The notes under the pieces were generated by a model. That model did no database searches, was not told the DNA's origin, and saw nothing but the letters and a program-made list of their open reading frames with translations. From the NCBI GenBank assembly GCA_965248265.1, contig CBDFJF010000001.1, forward strand, positions 2,016,001 to 2,080,000: a stretch of 64,000 nt of DNA, given 5' to 3'. Origin of the DNA: Candidatus Latescibacterota bacterium. GTDB lineage: Bacteria > Latescibacterota > UBA2968 > UBA8231. The translations under genes were made by a program, and so were the position numbers. Position 1 is the stretch's first letter. The number at the start of each line of letters is the position of its first letter. This document shows, one piece after another, positions 28,835-38,555 of the stretch.

Positions 28835-30367
28835 ATGAAAGAGCGATCTGATCGACAGGTAATGATCCTGCTCCACGAAATTGGGGAGGTGCTGGGATCT
28901 GCCGCCAGTTTTGAGGAGGCGGTGCAGAAAATTCTCAAGCTGCTGTGTGAACGGGCAGAAATGGATCGGGGCACTCTCAGTCTTGCAGAAGACGACAGTG
29001 AAGTCGCCATCGACATCGCCTACGGTCTCTCCAAATCGGAGATACGTCGTGGCCGTTACAAAATCGGCGAAGGCATCACCGGACGAGTGGTTGAATCGGG
29101 AAAACCGGTCATTGTCCCCAGAATCAGCAGCGAACCGCTGTTCCTCGACCGCACGGGATCGCGGGGGAAAACGGAAAAATCGGAAACCTCCTTCGTCTGC
29201 GTCCCAATCCTGCTGCAGAGCAATGTCGTTGGCACACTGAGCGCCGACCCCCCATACATCGACGACGCCGGGCTGCAATCGAATGTTCGCCTGCTGTCCA
29301 TCATCGCGGCCATGATCGCTCAAAATGTCGCTTCCCGGCGGCGCGCCCGCGCCGAGCGCGCCAGCCTGATAGACGAGAACCAGCGTCTCCAGAGCGAGCT
29401 GAAGGAGCGCTTCCACCCGTCAAACATCGTCGGCACTTCAAGGCCGATGCAAGAAGTCAGCGACCTCATCGTCAAGGTCGCAAGCAGTGACGCCACCGTG
29501 TTACTGCGGGGTGAAAGCGGCACCGGAAAGGAACTGGTGGCTGACGCTTTGCATTACGGCAGCCTTCGGGCTCGTAAACCGTTGGTCAAGGTGCATGTGG
29601 CTGCGTTGCCGGAATCACTCGTCGAGAGCGAGTTGTTCGGCCACGAGCGGGGCGCCTTTACAGGCGCTACCGAAGCCAAGGCGGGACGCTTCGAACGCGC
29701 CGAAGGCGGAACCATCTTCCTCGACGAAATCGGCGAACTGGCACCCTCGGTACAGGTGAAACTCCTGCGGGTGGTACAGGCGCGCCAGGTCGAACGTCTC
29801 GGAGGATCCTCGCCGATACAGATCGACGTGCGCATCATCGCCGCCACCCATGTGGATCTGGAACAGGCAGTTGTGGACGGCACCTTCAGAGAGGATCTGT
29901 TCTACCGCCTCGATGTGTTTCCGATCTTCGTACCGCCCCTGCGAGAGCGTAAATCCGACATCCTCTTGCTGGCAGACACCTTTCTCGAGAAATACGGGCG
30001 CAAACACACCAAAGAGATGCGACGCATATCCACCCCCGCCATCGACATGTTGATGAGCTATCACTGGCCAGGAAACGTGCGCGAACTGGAGAACTGCATC
30101 GAACGCGCCGTCATCCTGTCCACGGACGGCGTCGTCCACGGACACCACCTGCCACCGACGCTTCAGACGGCGACTTCGTCAGACACCTCCCTGTCAGGGA
30201 GCCTGGAGACGATGATGGGTGCCTACGAAACGGAGATCCTCGCCGAGGCCCTGAAGAGTTCGCGCGGCAACATGGCCAAAGCAGCCCGACTGCTTGGGAC
30301 AACCCAGCGCATCTTCTCTTATCGTAGCCGCAAGCTGGGAATACACTCCAAGCAGTATCGAGCCTAG
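28835..30367 (+). CDS. NifA-like GAF-AAA+-HTH sigma54 activator
   Basis: GAF segment RGRYKIGEGITGRVV and SFVCVPI; GESGTGKE; ESELFGHERGAFTGA; LLGTTQRIFSYR. Confidence 0.9.
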   Translation: MKERSDRQVMILLHEIGEVLGSAASFEEAVQKILKLLCERAEMDRGTLSLAEDDSEVAIDIAYGLSKSEIRRGRYKIGEGITGRVVESGKPVIVPRISSEPLFLDRTGSRGKTEKSETSFVCVPILLQSNVVGTLSADPPYIDDAGLQSNVRLLSIIAAMIAQNVASRRRARAERASLIDENQRLQSELKERFHPSNIVGTSRPMQEVSDLIVKVASSDATVLLRGESGTGKELVADALHYGSLRARKPLVKVHVAALPESLVESELFGHERGAFTGATEAKAGRFERAEGGTIFLDEIGELAPSVQVKLLRVVQARQVERLGGSSPIQIDVRIIAATHVDLEQAVVDGTFREDLFYRLDVFPIFVPPLRERKSDILLLADTFLEKYGRKHTKEMRRISTPAIDMLMSYHWPGNVRELENCIERAVILSTDGVVHGHHLPPTLQTATSSDTSLSGSLETMMGAYETEILAEALKSSRGNMAKAARLLGTTQRIFSYRSRKLGIHSKQYRA

Positions 30368-30409
30368 AGACCTCCACCTTCGCGATCTTGATACCTACTT
30401 AGTCATCCA

Positions 30410-30452
30410 CAACAATAATGTCGTTTTCTGCGGTACTGGCGACGTTATTGTG
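30410..30452. promoter_or_regulatory. Candidate upstream activator sites (inverted pair)
   Basis: AACAATAATGTC (30411-30422) and GACGTTATTGTG (30441-30452); similar GACAATTTTGTT at 28767-28778. Confidence 0.5.
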
Positions 30453-30542
30453 TTTTCTCAGCAAATCTCGCCATTGATCAAATACTACGTATCATGTTTA
30501 TACACAATATGTTATGCGTTTTTGCGAGTTTCGTCTTGTTGA

Positions 30543-30557
30543 AGGCATGGGCCTTGC
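30543..30557 (+). promoter_or_regulatory. sigma54 promoter for porin-glnA
   Basis: AGGCATGGGCCTTGC has GG-N10-GC spacing; preceded by an AT-rich tract. Confidence 0.7.
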
Positions 30558-30761
30558 TGTGCTATTTCGAGCACTAACAAGAGTCATAGGTCGAAAAGAT
30601 GTATAAGCGAACAGATGGCAAGCCGAAATTGGCGCCGCTGCCGCAGAGAAGAAACCTCCCGTGGATTCTCAAGGGTGCAAGGGGTGGTGGCGGCGCCTCA
30701 ACGACAACGAGTTCATTCTCACACCCAGGCGGTCGACAGACTGTCAAACACGGAGGTCACG

Positions 30762-31409
30762 ATGGCGAGAAAGATTCTATCCGCAGCAATCCTAACAGGG
30801 CTGGCCTTGAGCTTCAGTCCCCCCCCTGCTGATGCCGAGTTTGGCGTCGGCGCCGACGTCGTCAGTCGGTATGTCTGGCGCGGCGCGCTTCTCGATGACA
30901 ACGTCTCGGTGCAACCCTCGCTGTCGTACAGCTCAGGCAACTTGGAGATTGGCGCCTGGTCATCCTGGGCAGCCACATCCAGTGGCGCCAATGAGAACGA
31001 CCTGTACGTGACGTATTCCAGTGGGCCGATCGCCATCACCGTCACTGACTACTACTTTCCCAATGGCGCCGGTTCGGACTTCTTCAAGTACAGCGACAAA
31101 GACGCTATCCACCAGCTCGAGGTCATGGGCTCGTATGGTCAGGGGCCGATCGGTGTCACTGCCGCCGCGATCTTGTCCGGTGATCCCGACACACCCATCT
31201 ACATCGAGGGCTCCTACGAATTGATGTCCGACGACGATGCCAGCGCCAGCCTCACAGCCGCATTGGGGACCGAGAACTACTACACCAGCGACGGTGACCC
31301 GGCTTTGATCAACGTCGGCCTTAGTGTCACCAAGGGTGATTACACGGCACAGTACATCTTGAATCCGGACGCGGAGCAGGCCTGGATGGTTTTCATGATG
31401 AGCTTCTAG
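30762..31409 (+). CDS. Small outer-membrane beta-barrel, TorF-like putative porin
   Basis: GGAGG RBS, signal peptide ending ADA, GADVVSRYVWRG, VQPSLSY, ENDLYVTY, TDYYFP, terminal Phe. Confidence 0.75.
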   Translation: MARKILSAAILTGLALSFSPPPADAEFGVGADVVSRYVWRGALLDDNVSVQPSLSYSSGNLEIGAWSSWAATSSGANENDLYVTYSSGPIAITVTDYYFPNGAGSDFFKYSDKDAIHQLEVMGSYGQGPIGVTAAAILSGDPDTPIYIEGSYELMSDDDASASLTAALGTENYYTSDGDPALINVGLSVTKGDYTAQYILNPDAEQAWMVFMMSF

Positions 31410-31435
31410 CACCTCCCGTTCGCTGCAAAACCCGA

Positions 31436-31468
31436 AAGGCCCCGGACGCATAGTGCGTTCGGGGCCTT
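31436..31468 (+). terminator. Strong hairpin between the porin gene and glnA
   Basis: aaggccccggacgca-tag-tgcgttcggggcctt; only a weak U-tract follows. Confidence 0.55.
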
Positions 31469-31561
31469 CACCTTGTCTGGACCCCCAACACATACTATCA
31501 TCGATCTTTCCCTTTTGCGCCCGGCCACGGCGCTGAGATATCCCCTAGTAAGGAGGAACTC

Positions 31562-33031
31562 ATGGCAAAGGCAAAATCCAAGGGTGGAGCGAAAGCCAAG
31601 TCGAAGAGCGCGGGCGGCTCAGCCCGCTCCGTTGTCGCGTCCGCCAAACAGCAAGGGGTCCAGTTCGTCGACTTCAAGTTCGTTGATTTTCCTGGAACCT
31701 GGCAGCACTTCTCCCTCCCCATCGGCGAATTCGATGCCGATATGTTCACGGACGGTCTGGGATTCGACGGCTCCAGCATCCGCGGTTGGAAGGCCATCGA
31801 CGAGAGCGATATGCTGGTCATGCCGCAGCTTGAGACCGCGTTCATGGACCCCTACACCGCCGTCCCGACGCTGTCCTTCATCTGCGACATCATCGATCCC
31901 ATTACCCGTGAAGACTATTCCCGGGATCCACGTGGAGTCTCTCGGCGGGCAGAGTCCTACCTGAAATCGACCGGCGTCGCCGACACCGCTTTCTTCGGCC
32001 CGGAGGCCGAGTTCTTCGTCTTCGATGACATCCGCTATGACCAGAACGCGAATTCCGGATATTACGTCATCGACTCGGTGGAAGGCGCCTGGAACTCCGG
32101 CGCCGAAGAAGATCCGAACCTGGGTTACAAGCCGCCGTACAAGGGGGGCTATTTTCCGGTACCACCGCACGACTCAATGCAGGACCTGCGCTCAGAGATG
32201 GTGATGACGATGATCGACAGCGGTATCGAGGTCGAAGTCCATCACCACGAGGTGGGCACCGCTGGGCAGGGCGAAATCGATATCAAGTACTGCCCTTTGG
32301 TAGTCTGTGGCGATCGAATGATGAAATACAAATACATCGTCAAGAACACGGCGTTCAAGCATGGCAAGACCGCGACCTTCATGCCCAAACCGCTCTTTGG
32401 GGACAACGGCACCGGCATGCACACGCACCAGAGCCTGTGGAAGGGTGGCAAACCACTATTCGCCGGCTCTGGATACGCCGGCATGAGCGACATGGCCATG
32501 CACTACATCGGCGGTCTGCTCAAACACGCGAAAGCGATCCTCGCGTTCTCCAACCCGACGACGAATTCATACAAACGGCTGGTCCCCGGGTACGAAGCCC
32601 CAGTCAACCTGGCCTACTCACAGCGCAACCGCAGCGCCGCCATCCGCTTGCCCATGTATTCGAGCAGCCCGAAGGCCAAGCGCGTGGAGTTCCGCTGCCC
32701 GGACCCGAGCGCCAACATGTACCTGGCTCTATCCGCGATGTTGATGGCAGGCTTGGACGGCATCGAAAACCGTACCGATCCGGGCCAACCATTGGACAAG
32801 AACATCTACGACCTGTCGCCCGAGGAGCTGCGCGCGGTGCCGCTGACACCGGCTTCGCTCGAAGAGGCGATGGATGCCTTGGAAGCCGATCATGACTTCC
32901 TGCTCAAGGGCGATGTCTTCAGCACGGACCTGGTTGAGGCCTGGATCGACTACAAGCGCACGGAGGAAATCGATGCGCTCAGACTGCGGCCGCATCCATA
33001 CGAGTTCGCACTTTATTACGATATGGTGTAA
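31562..33031 (+). CDS. glnA: Glutamine synthetase type I (beta subtype)
   Basis: [47 protein letters not shown]; adenylylation-site NIYDL. Confidence 0.97.
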   Translation: MAKAKSKGGAKAKSKSAGGSARSVVASAKQQGVQFVDFKFVDFPGTWQHFSLPIGEFDADMFTDGLGFDGSSIRGWKAIDESDMLVMPQLETAFMDPYTAVPTLSFICDIIDPITREDYSRDPRGVSRRAESYLKSTGVADTAFFGPEAEFFVFDDIRYDQNANSGYYVIDSVEGAWNSGAEEDPNLGYKPPYKGGYFPVPPHDSMQDLRSEMVMTMIDSGIEVEVHHHEVGTAGQGEIDIKYCPLVVCGDRMMKYKYIVKNTAFKHGKTATFMPKPLFGDNGTGMHTHQSLWKGGKPLFAGSGYAGMSDMAMHYIGGLLKHAKAILAFSNPTTNSYKRLVPGYEAPVNLAYSQRNRSAAIRLPMYSSSPKAKRVEFRCPDPSANMYLALSAMLMAGLDGIENRTDPGQPLDKNIYDLSPEELRAVPLTPASLEEAMDALEADHDFLLKGDVFSTDLVEAWIDYKRTEEIDALRLRPHPYEFALYYDMV

Positions 33032-33067
33032 GACCGTACAGGTGGTGTAAGACGTCCAACGATCGCG

Positions 33068-33102
33068 AAAAGGGGTGGACCGTCAGAGGTCTGCCCCTTT
33101 TT
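33068..33102 (+). terminator. Rho-independent terminator after glnA
   Basis: aaaaggggtggacc/ggtctgccccttttt. Confidence 0.75.
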
Positions 33103-33128
33103 GCGCGTCAAACACGGGAAAGGATTCC

Positions 33129-34058
33129 TTGAGTCACTCCTACCCACCGCAATCCCAAGTGCGCATCGGCACGCGCGGCAGTGAACTGGCACTCGCCCAG
33201 GCTCACCAGGTCCGTGATCAGCTGCTTGACCTCCACGCAGAGGCTGTGAGTGTGGAAGTTGAAATAATCCGTACAGCAGGAGACACCAAGCCGGGGCCAC
33301 TGGCTGAGATTGGCGGCGAAGGAGTCTTCACGGCCGAGCTCGAACGGGCTCTGCTCGACGGCCGTGTTGACGTCGCCGTACACAGCCTCAAGGACCTGCC
33401 GACACAGATTCACCCGGAACTTGCGCTGGTGGCCACGCCTCAACGCGTCGACGTGCGGGATGTTCTGATCGCGTTGAGCGCTACCAGTGTCGAGGGGCTC
33501 CCGGAGAATGCCAGTGTGGGTAGCGGCAGTCTTCGTCGTCAATGTCAACTACTCGCTCTGCGTCCGGACGTCCGCTTCGTCCCCATACGCGGCAACATCG
33601 GAACGCGGATGGCTCAGGTAACTGAAGGAGTTGTTGATGCGGTAATACTGGCGGCGGCCGGACTTCATCGTCTTGGACTCGAAGGGGAAATCAGCTCGTA
33701 TTTCGACACCAGTCAGATGCTGCCCGCTCCAGGGCAGGCTGCCATTGGGCTGGAGATGCGTGACGACAGCCAACTCGTCGCCTATGTCGAGCCGCTCAAC
33801 CATGCTCCGACGCTGGCGAGCGTCACCGCGGAGCGCAGCTTTCTGCAGGCACTCGGGGGCGGATGCCGGGCTCCGATCGCGGCCTGGGGCCGTGTCGTGG
33901 GTGGTGAACTCCACCTCGATGGCCTGGTCGGCTCTGCCGACGGCGCGCAGCTGATCCGGGGCTCGGTGGTCGGCTCACCGGACGAGGGCGAGGCTACTGG
34001 CACTCGGTTGGCCTCTAGGTTGATTGATCAGGGTGCCCAGTCTCTGTTGCCCTCATGA
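33129..34058 (+). CDS. hemC: Hydroxymethylbilane synthase
   Basis: IGTRGSELALAQ, AVHSLKD, SLRR, RGNIGTR, LPAPGQ, GGGCRAP; start approximate (TTG 33129). Confidence 0.95.
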   Translation: MSHSYPPQSQVRIGTRGSELALAQAHQVRDQLLDLHAEAVSVEVEIIRTAGDTKPGPLAEIGGEGVFTAELERALLDGRVDVAVHSLKDLPTQIHPELALVATPQRVDVRDVLIALSATSVEGLPENASVGSGSLRRQCQLLALRPDVRFVPIRGNIGTRMAQVTEGVVDAVILAAAGLHRLGLEGEISSYFDTSQMLPAPGQAAIGLEMRDDSQLVAYVEPLNHAPTLASVTAERSFLQALGGGCRAPIAAWGRVVGGELHLDGLVGSADGAQLIRGSVVGSPDEGEATGTRLASRLIDQGAQSLLPS

Positions 34059-35605
34059 ACTCGAACTCCCTGCCACACTCAGTCCCGGGGTGCGTCTACT
34101 TCGTCGGCGCCGGTCCCGGCGATCCGGGATTGCTCACCCTGCGCGGGGCCCAGTACCTCGGAGAAGCGGACGTCGTCCTTTACGACGAACTGCTGGACCG
34201 TCGCCTGCTGGATCTCGCCAGTCCCACGGCCGAGAAGATCGGCGTCGGACACCGGGGCGGTGACGGCAGGCGTTCACTCGAACAGATCTTCGATTTGCTG
34301 ATCACACACGCACGGGCTGGCAAGCGGGTCGTGCGCTTGAAGGGCGGAGACCCCTACGTGTTTGGCCGCGGCGGCGAAGAGGCCCTGGCAGTGCGCGATG
34401 CCGGCATCCCCTTCGAGGTGGTGTCCGGAGTATCCGCCGCCAGCGGGGTCCTGGCCTATGCCGGCATCCCGTTGACTCACCGCAATCTCGCAGCGATGGC
34501 CGTACTGGTAACCGGACACGAAGACCCCACCAAGGACTCGCCCAGCGTCAACTGGAAGGATCTGGCCGTCCTCGATGCCACCCTCGTCATTTTCATGGGC
34601 AATCGGCGCCTCATCGATATCGCTGAGGCGCTGATTGCCGGCGGGCGCGATGCCGACACACCGACCGCGGTGATCGAATGGGGCACGTGGCCGAATCAGC
34701 GCACGGTCATGGGCACGCTGCACACGATCGCCGGTGAAGTCGAGGCTCGCAGCGTCCAGTCTCCGGCCTTGATCGTCGTCGGCGAAGTTGTTTCTCTGCG
34801 CGAACAGCTCAGTTGGTTCGAGGCCAAGCCCTTGTTTGGCAAACGGGTGCTGATCACCCGTAGCCGCGAACAGTCGGGATCGCTGCAACTGCTGCTTGAA
34901 TCAGAAGGCGCCGCCGTGACCGGGTTACCCGTCCTGGACATACAGCCCCCCGACGACTGGTCTTCGATCGATCAAACCATCGACAATCTTGCTCGCTTTG
35001 ACTGGATTGTCTTCACCAGTCCCAATAGCGTCGGCTACTTCTTCCTTCGGCTGCAGCACGCCGGTATCGACAGCAGGGCACTGGGAGGAGTCACCGTCGC
35101 ATCGGTCGGGCAGGCGACAGCCGAGGCTCTGCATTCAAGGGGCATCGTGCCGGACCTGATTCCCGAGAAGCAGTCACAGGAAGGTCTGGTTGTCGCCTTC
35201 GAGCAGATCTCAGTGGATGGTGCCACCATTCTGGTTCCGGCCTCCAGCATTGGCCGCACACTGCTGGATGACGCACTGCGCGAGCGCGGGGCACAAGTGA
35301 TCCGCGTCGTCGCCTATCAGAACCGGCCTCCGGAGCCGTCCCAGGTCGAACTGCCCCCGGCGCTCGAACAGGGCGAGATCGACCTGTTCGTGTTCGCCAG
35401 TCCATCCAGTGTGCACAACTTCCACACCGTGGTCGGCGACGCAGCGAAGGCGGAAACTTTTCTTTCGGGAAAGGCCATCGCCTCCATCGGGCCGACGACG
35501 AGCCAAGCCCTGACTGAAATCGGACTGCAAACCACGATCGAGCCGGCTCACAGCAGCGTGCCTGCACTCGTGGCTGCCATCTGCGCCTACTATGAGAATA
35601 AATGA
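34055..35605 (+). CDS. cobA: Uroporphyrinogen-III C-methyltransferase / uroporphyrinogen-III synthase fusion (CobA-HemD)
   Basis: VGAGPGDPGLLT, RLKGGDPYVFGRGGEE, then KPLFGKRVLITRSREQ, FTSPNSV, SIGPTT. Confidence 0.93.
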   Translation: MNSNSLPHSVPGCVYFVGAGPGDPGLLTLRGAQYLGEADVVLYDELLDRRLLDLASPTAEKIGVGHRGGDGRRSLEQIFDLLITHARAGKRVVRLKGGDPYVFGRGGEEALAVRDAGIPFEVVSGVSAASGVLAYAGIPLTHRNLAAMAVLVTGHEDPTKDSPSVNWKDLAVLDATLVIFMGNRRLIDIAEALIAGGRDADTPTAVIEWGTWPNQRTVMGTLHTIAGEVEARSVQSPALIVVGEVVSLREQLSWFEAKPLFGKRVLITRSREQSGSLQLLLESEGAAVTGLPVLDIQPPDDWSSIDQTIDNLARFDWIVFTSPNSVGYFFLRLQHAGIDSRALGGVTVASVGQATAEALHSRGIVPDLIPEKQSQEGLVVAFEQISVDGATILVPASSIGRTLLDDALRERGAQVIRVVAYQNRPPEPSQVELPPALEQGEIDLFVFASPSSVHNFHTVVGDAAKAETFLSGKAIASIGPTTSQALTEIGLQTTIEPAHSSVPALVAAICAYYENK

Positions 35606-35663
35606 TGGAACGCAACTGGGAGAGTACGCTGATGCTTGTGCGTGAGGTGACCGTGGTATCCCG

Positions 35664-36689
35664 ATGAGCCACCCCCGTTTACTCCCGCCCGGTAAGCTGC
35701 CGCACGATCTGCTCGAGCGCCTGGTGCGTGACTATGCCCATGTCAGCGACCCTCGGCTGCTGGTACCTCCCGGCATCGGCGAAGATGCCGCCGTCATCGA
35801 TTTCGGGGATCGCTGCCTGGTGGCCAAGACCGATCCCATCACCTTCGCCACCGACGCCGTCGGCTGGTATGCCGTTCACGTCAACGCCAACGACATTGCG
35901 GCCATGGGGGCGCAACCCAGGTTTTTCCTGGCCACCATCATGGTGCCCGAGCAGATGGCAACGGCTGAGTTGATCGAGTCGATTTTTGCATCCGTACACG
36001 CTGCCGCCGGGGAGTTGGGGGTAACGGTGTGTGGTGGCCACACCGAAATCACTCATGGCATCGACAGGCCACTGGTCATAGGGCAGATGCTTGGCGAGGT
36101 TGATCGCGACGGCATCGTCCGATCCTCTGGTTTGCTTCCCGGTGATGTCGTTCTGCTGACAAAGGGGTTGGCCATCGAGGCGACGGCCATCATCGCCCGC
36201 GAGAAGAGGACGGAACTTCTGGCGCGTGGCTACGATGACGAAATGCTGCAGCGCTGCGCCGACTATCTGACGGATCCGGGAATCAGCGTCGTCGCCGACG
36301 CCCGGGCGGCACTGGAGGCAGGCGACGTCCACGCCATGCATGACCCTACGGAGGGCGGTGTGGCGACGGGATTGTTCGAGCTTGCCCAGGCCTCCAGGGT
36401 CGGCCTGGCCGTAGATGGGGAGGCCCTGACCCTGTCGACGGAATCGCAACAGCTGTGCCAGGAGTACAACCTGGACCCATTCGGCGTGATATCATCGGGC
36501 GCCCTCCTGATCGGATGTGCGGCGAACTCGGCACCCGCGATTTCGTCGGCTCTCGAGGCTGTCGGCGTGCACTCGGCCTGCGTCGCGCAGGTGATGGATC
36601 CGGCACATGGCCTGCAACTTGTGAAGGACGGAGCGTCTCAACCATTGCCCAGATATCTTGTGGATGAAATCACCAAACTGTTCAGTTGA
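35664..36689 (+). CDS. AIR-synthase-related (PurM/HypE-like) protein
   Basis: GKLP, GIGEDAAV, TDPIT, NANDIA, GGHTE, MHDPTEGG. Confidence 0.85.
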   Translation: MSHPRLLPPGKLPHDLLERLVRDYAHVSDPRLLVPPGIGEDAAVIDFGDRCLVAKTDPITFATDAVGWYAVHVNANDIAAMGAQPRFFLATIMVPEQMATAELIESIFASVHAAAGELGVTVCGGHTEITHGIDRPLVIGQMLGEVDRDGIVRSSGLLPGDVVLLTKGLAIEATAIIAREKRTELLARGYDDEMLQRCADYLTDPGISVVADARAALEAGDVHAMHDPTEGGVATGLFELAQASRVGLAVDGEALTLSTESQQLCQEYNLDPFGVISSGALLIGCAANSAPAISSALEAVGVHSACVAQVMDPAHGLQLVKDGASQPLPRYLVDEITKLFS

Positions 36690-36690
36690 C

Positions 36691-37287
36691 ATGAGGACGG
36701 GGACATTGAGGGCCGTTCTCTTCGATATGGATGGGACCCTGACTCAGCCGCTCATCAACTGGCAGGAGGTGCGTCGTCGGTTGAAGGTGCCTGAGGGAGC
36801 CTCCATCATGGATCACATCGAGGCGCTGAACGTCCATCGCCGCCATCAGGCCGAGAACTTACTCCAACAGATCGAATTCGAGGCCGCTACCGCCGCCGTG
36901 CCCAACGACGGTGTCGTCGAGTTGATTGACCGGCTGCGCGAACACGGTTTGAAGACAGGCCTGGTCACCAACAACCACCGGCGCGCCATGACCCACATCG
37001 TAGAAAAACTCGGCCTGAGGTTTGATCTACTATTGTCACGTGAGGACGGCGTTGCCAAGCCGGCACCCGATCTGTTGATCCTCGCGCTCGAGCGACTCGA
37101 CCTGAGATCGAGTGAGGCTCTGTTCGTCGGTGACGGCCGTTATGATCGAACAGCGGCCGCTGCTGCTGAAGTCAGGTACATCCACCTGGATCACGACCCA
37201 GCGGCCGCACCGAACGGCCCCACCGTTCACAAGTTGGCTCAAGTCTGGCAACTGCTCGAACCGTTGATGTCTGCACCACCTGAATGA
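36691..37287 (+). CDS. HAD-superfamily hydrolase
   Basis: FDMDGTL, VTNN, KPAP, VGDGRYD. Confidence 0.88.
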   Translation: MRTGTLRAVLFDMDGTLTQPLINWQEVRRRLKVPEGASIMDHIEALNVHRRHQAENLLQQIEFEAATAAVPNDGVVELIDRLREHGLKTGLVTNNHRRAMTHIVEKLGLRFDLLLSREDGVAKPAPDLLILALERLDLRSSEALFVGDGRYDRTAAAAAEVRYIHLDHDPAAAPNGPTVHKLAQVWQLLEPLMSAPPE

Positions 37288-37336
37288 GATCGCGCCGCCT
37301 TGACTCGTCCGCATTCGAGGACGAACGTAAGACGTT

Positions 37337-38491
37337 ATGCCCTTCCAAAGTACATTCGATTTCCGTTTGCCGGCCCGTCTCATCCACGGTTCCGGATCCA
37401 TTGCACGTCTGCCGGAAGTCGTCGACTCGGACGCCAAACAGCTGATCGTCACGGATCGCGGATTGATCGAAGCCGGAGTCGTGGATCAAGTCACGGCGGT
37501 CCTGGACTCTACGGGCATACCCTATTGTGTCTTCGACGGTGTTGGCGCCAATCCACTTGGCAAGAATGCCCATGCCGGAGCGCGTCAGTACATCAAAGAA
37601 GATTGCCACGGACTGATCGCCGTGGGTGGGGGCAGCCCGATGGATGTCGCCAAAATGGTCGGCATACTGGCGACCAACGGCGGCCGTATCGAGAGCTACC
37701 TCGGAGCTGGCAAGGTACGCGCCGACCTACCCCCATTGGTCTGCGTGCCGACGACCTACGGCACGGCCAGCGAGGTAACCCAGTTCAGTGTTCTGACCAA
37801 TCCGAAAACCAACAACAAGGATCCGATCATCAGCTGGAAAATCGTCCCACAGGTGGGCATCCTCGACGCCGATCTGTCGGTTGCCCTGCCGGCTTCAGTG
37901 GGTGGGCCTACCGGCATGGACGCGCTCACGCACGCGATCGAGTCCTATACCAATCTGCTGTCTACGCCGATCACGGAGGGCATCGCCATTAGCGCCATCG
38001 AGTTGATCGGGGCCAGTATCCGCACCGCCTGTGCCAACGACTACGAGACGGAGGCGACCCAGGACATGCTGATCGCCAGCGCCATGGCCGGTATCGCGTT
38101 CTCACAGACCCGGCTTGGTAACGTGCACGCCATGTCCCATCCGGTGGGGGCGCAGTTCGGTGTCCATCACGGGTTGGCGAATGCCATCCTGCTGCCCCAT
38201 GTGATGGAGTACAACCTGTCTGCTCGCCTCGACAAGTTTGCCTCCGTCGCGCAGGCCCTGGGCGAGGACGTGGACGGTCTGCCCGCCAGCGAGGCCAGTG
38301 AACTGGCCGTCGAGCAGGTGCGGCAACTGAATCATGACCTGGGAATACCCCCTCGCTTGAGAGACGTAGGAGTTCGGGTCAGCGGTATTCCCAAACTCGC
38401 ACGAGCCGCCATGAACAGCGGCAACATCGCCGTCAACCCCCGCAAGACCACGCAGAAGGATATCGAGCAACTCTTCCGGAGCGCTGTCTGA
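37337..38491 (+). CDS. Iron-containing alcohol dehydrogenase
   Basis: GGGSPMDVAK, PTTYGTASE, GMDALTHAIE, HAMSH, HGLANA. Confidence 0.92.
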   Translation: MPFQSTFDFRLPARLIHGSGSIARLPEVVDSDAKQLIVTDRGLIEAGVVDQVTAVLDSTGIPYCVFDGVGANPLGKNAHAGARQYIKEDCHGLIAVGGGSPMDVAKMVGILATNGGRIESYLGAGKVRADLPPLVCVPTTYGTASEVTQFSVLTNPKTNNKDPIISWKIVPQVGILDADLSVALPASVGGPTGMDALTHAIESYTNLLSTPITEGIAISAIELIGASIRTACANDYETEATQDMLIASAMAGIAFSQTRLGNVHAMSHPVGAQFGVHHGLANAILLPHVMEYNLSARLDKFASVAQALGEDVDGLPASEASELAVEQVRQLNHDLGIPPRLRDVGVRVSGIPKLARAAMNSGNIAVNPRKTTQKDIEQLFRSAV

Positions 38492-38555
38492 GCCGCTCTG
38501 AACCTGCTATATTCCGAGACTTCGTTTTCTGCCAGAGCCGATAGGAGAACAACTG

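Noticed and set aside
28835-30367. Nitrogen fixation (nifA) call
   Set aside because: The architecture is NifA-like, but there are no nif genes in the window and the adjacent target is porin-glnA.
31505-31545. ANTAR-type RNA motif before glnA (gccacggcgc)
   Set aside because: Only one imperfect loop, no tandem hairpin pair, and no ANTAR protein in the window.
35664-36689. Hydrogenase maturation factor hypE
   Set aside because: Lacks the C-terminal PRIC motif; no hyp or hydrogenase context.
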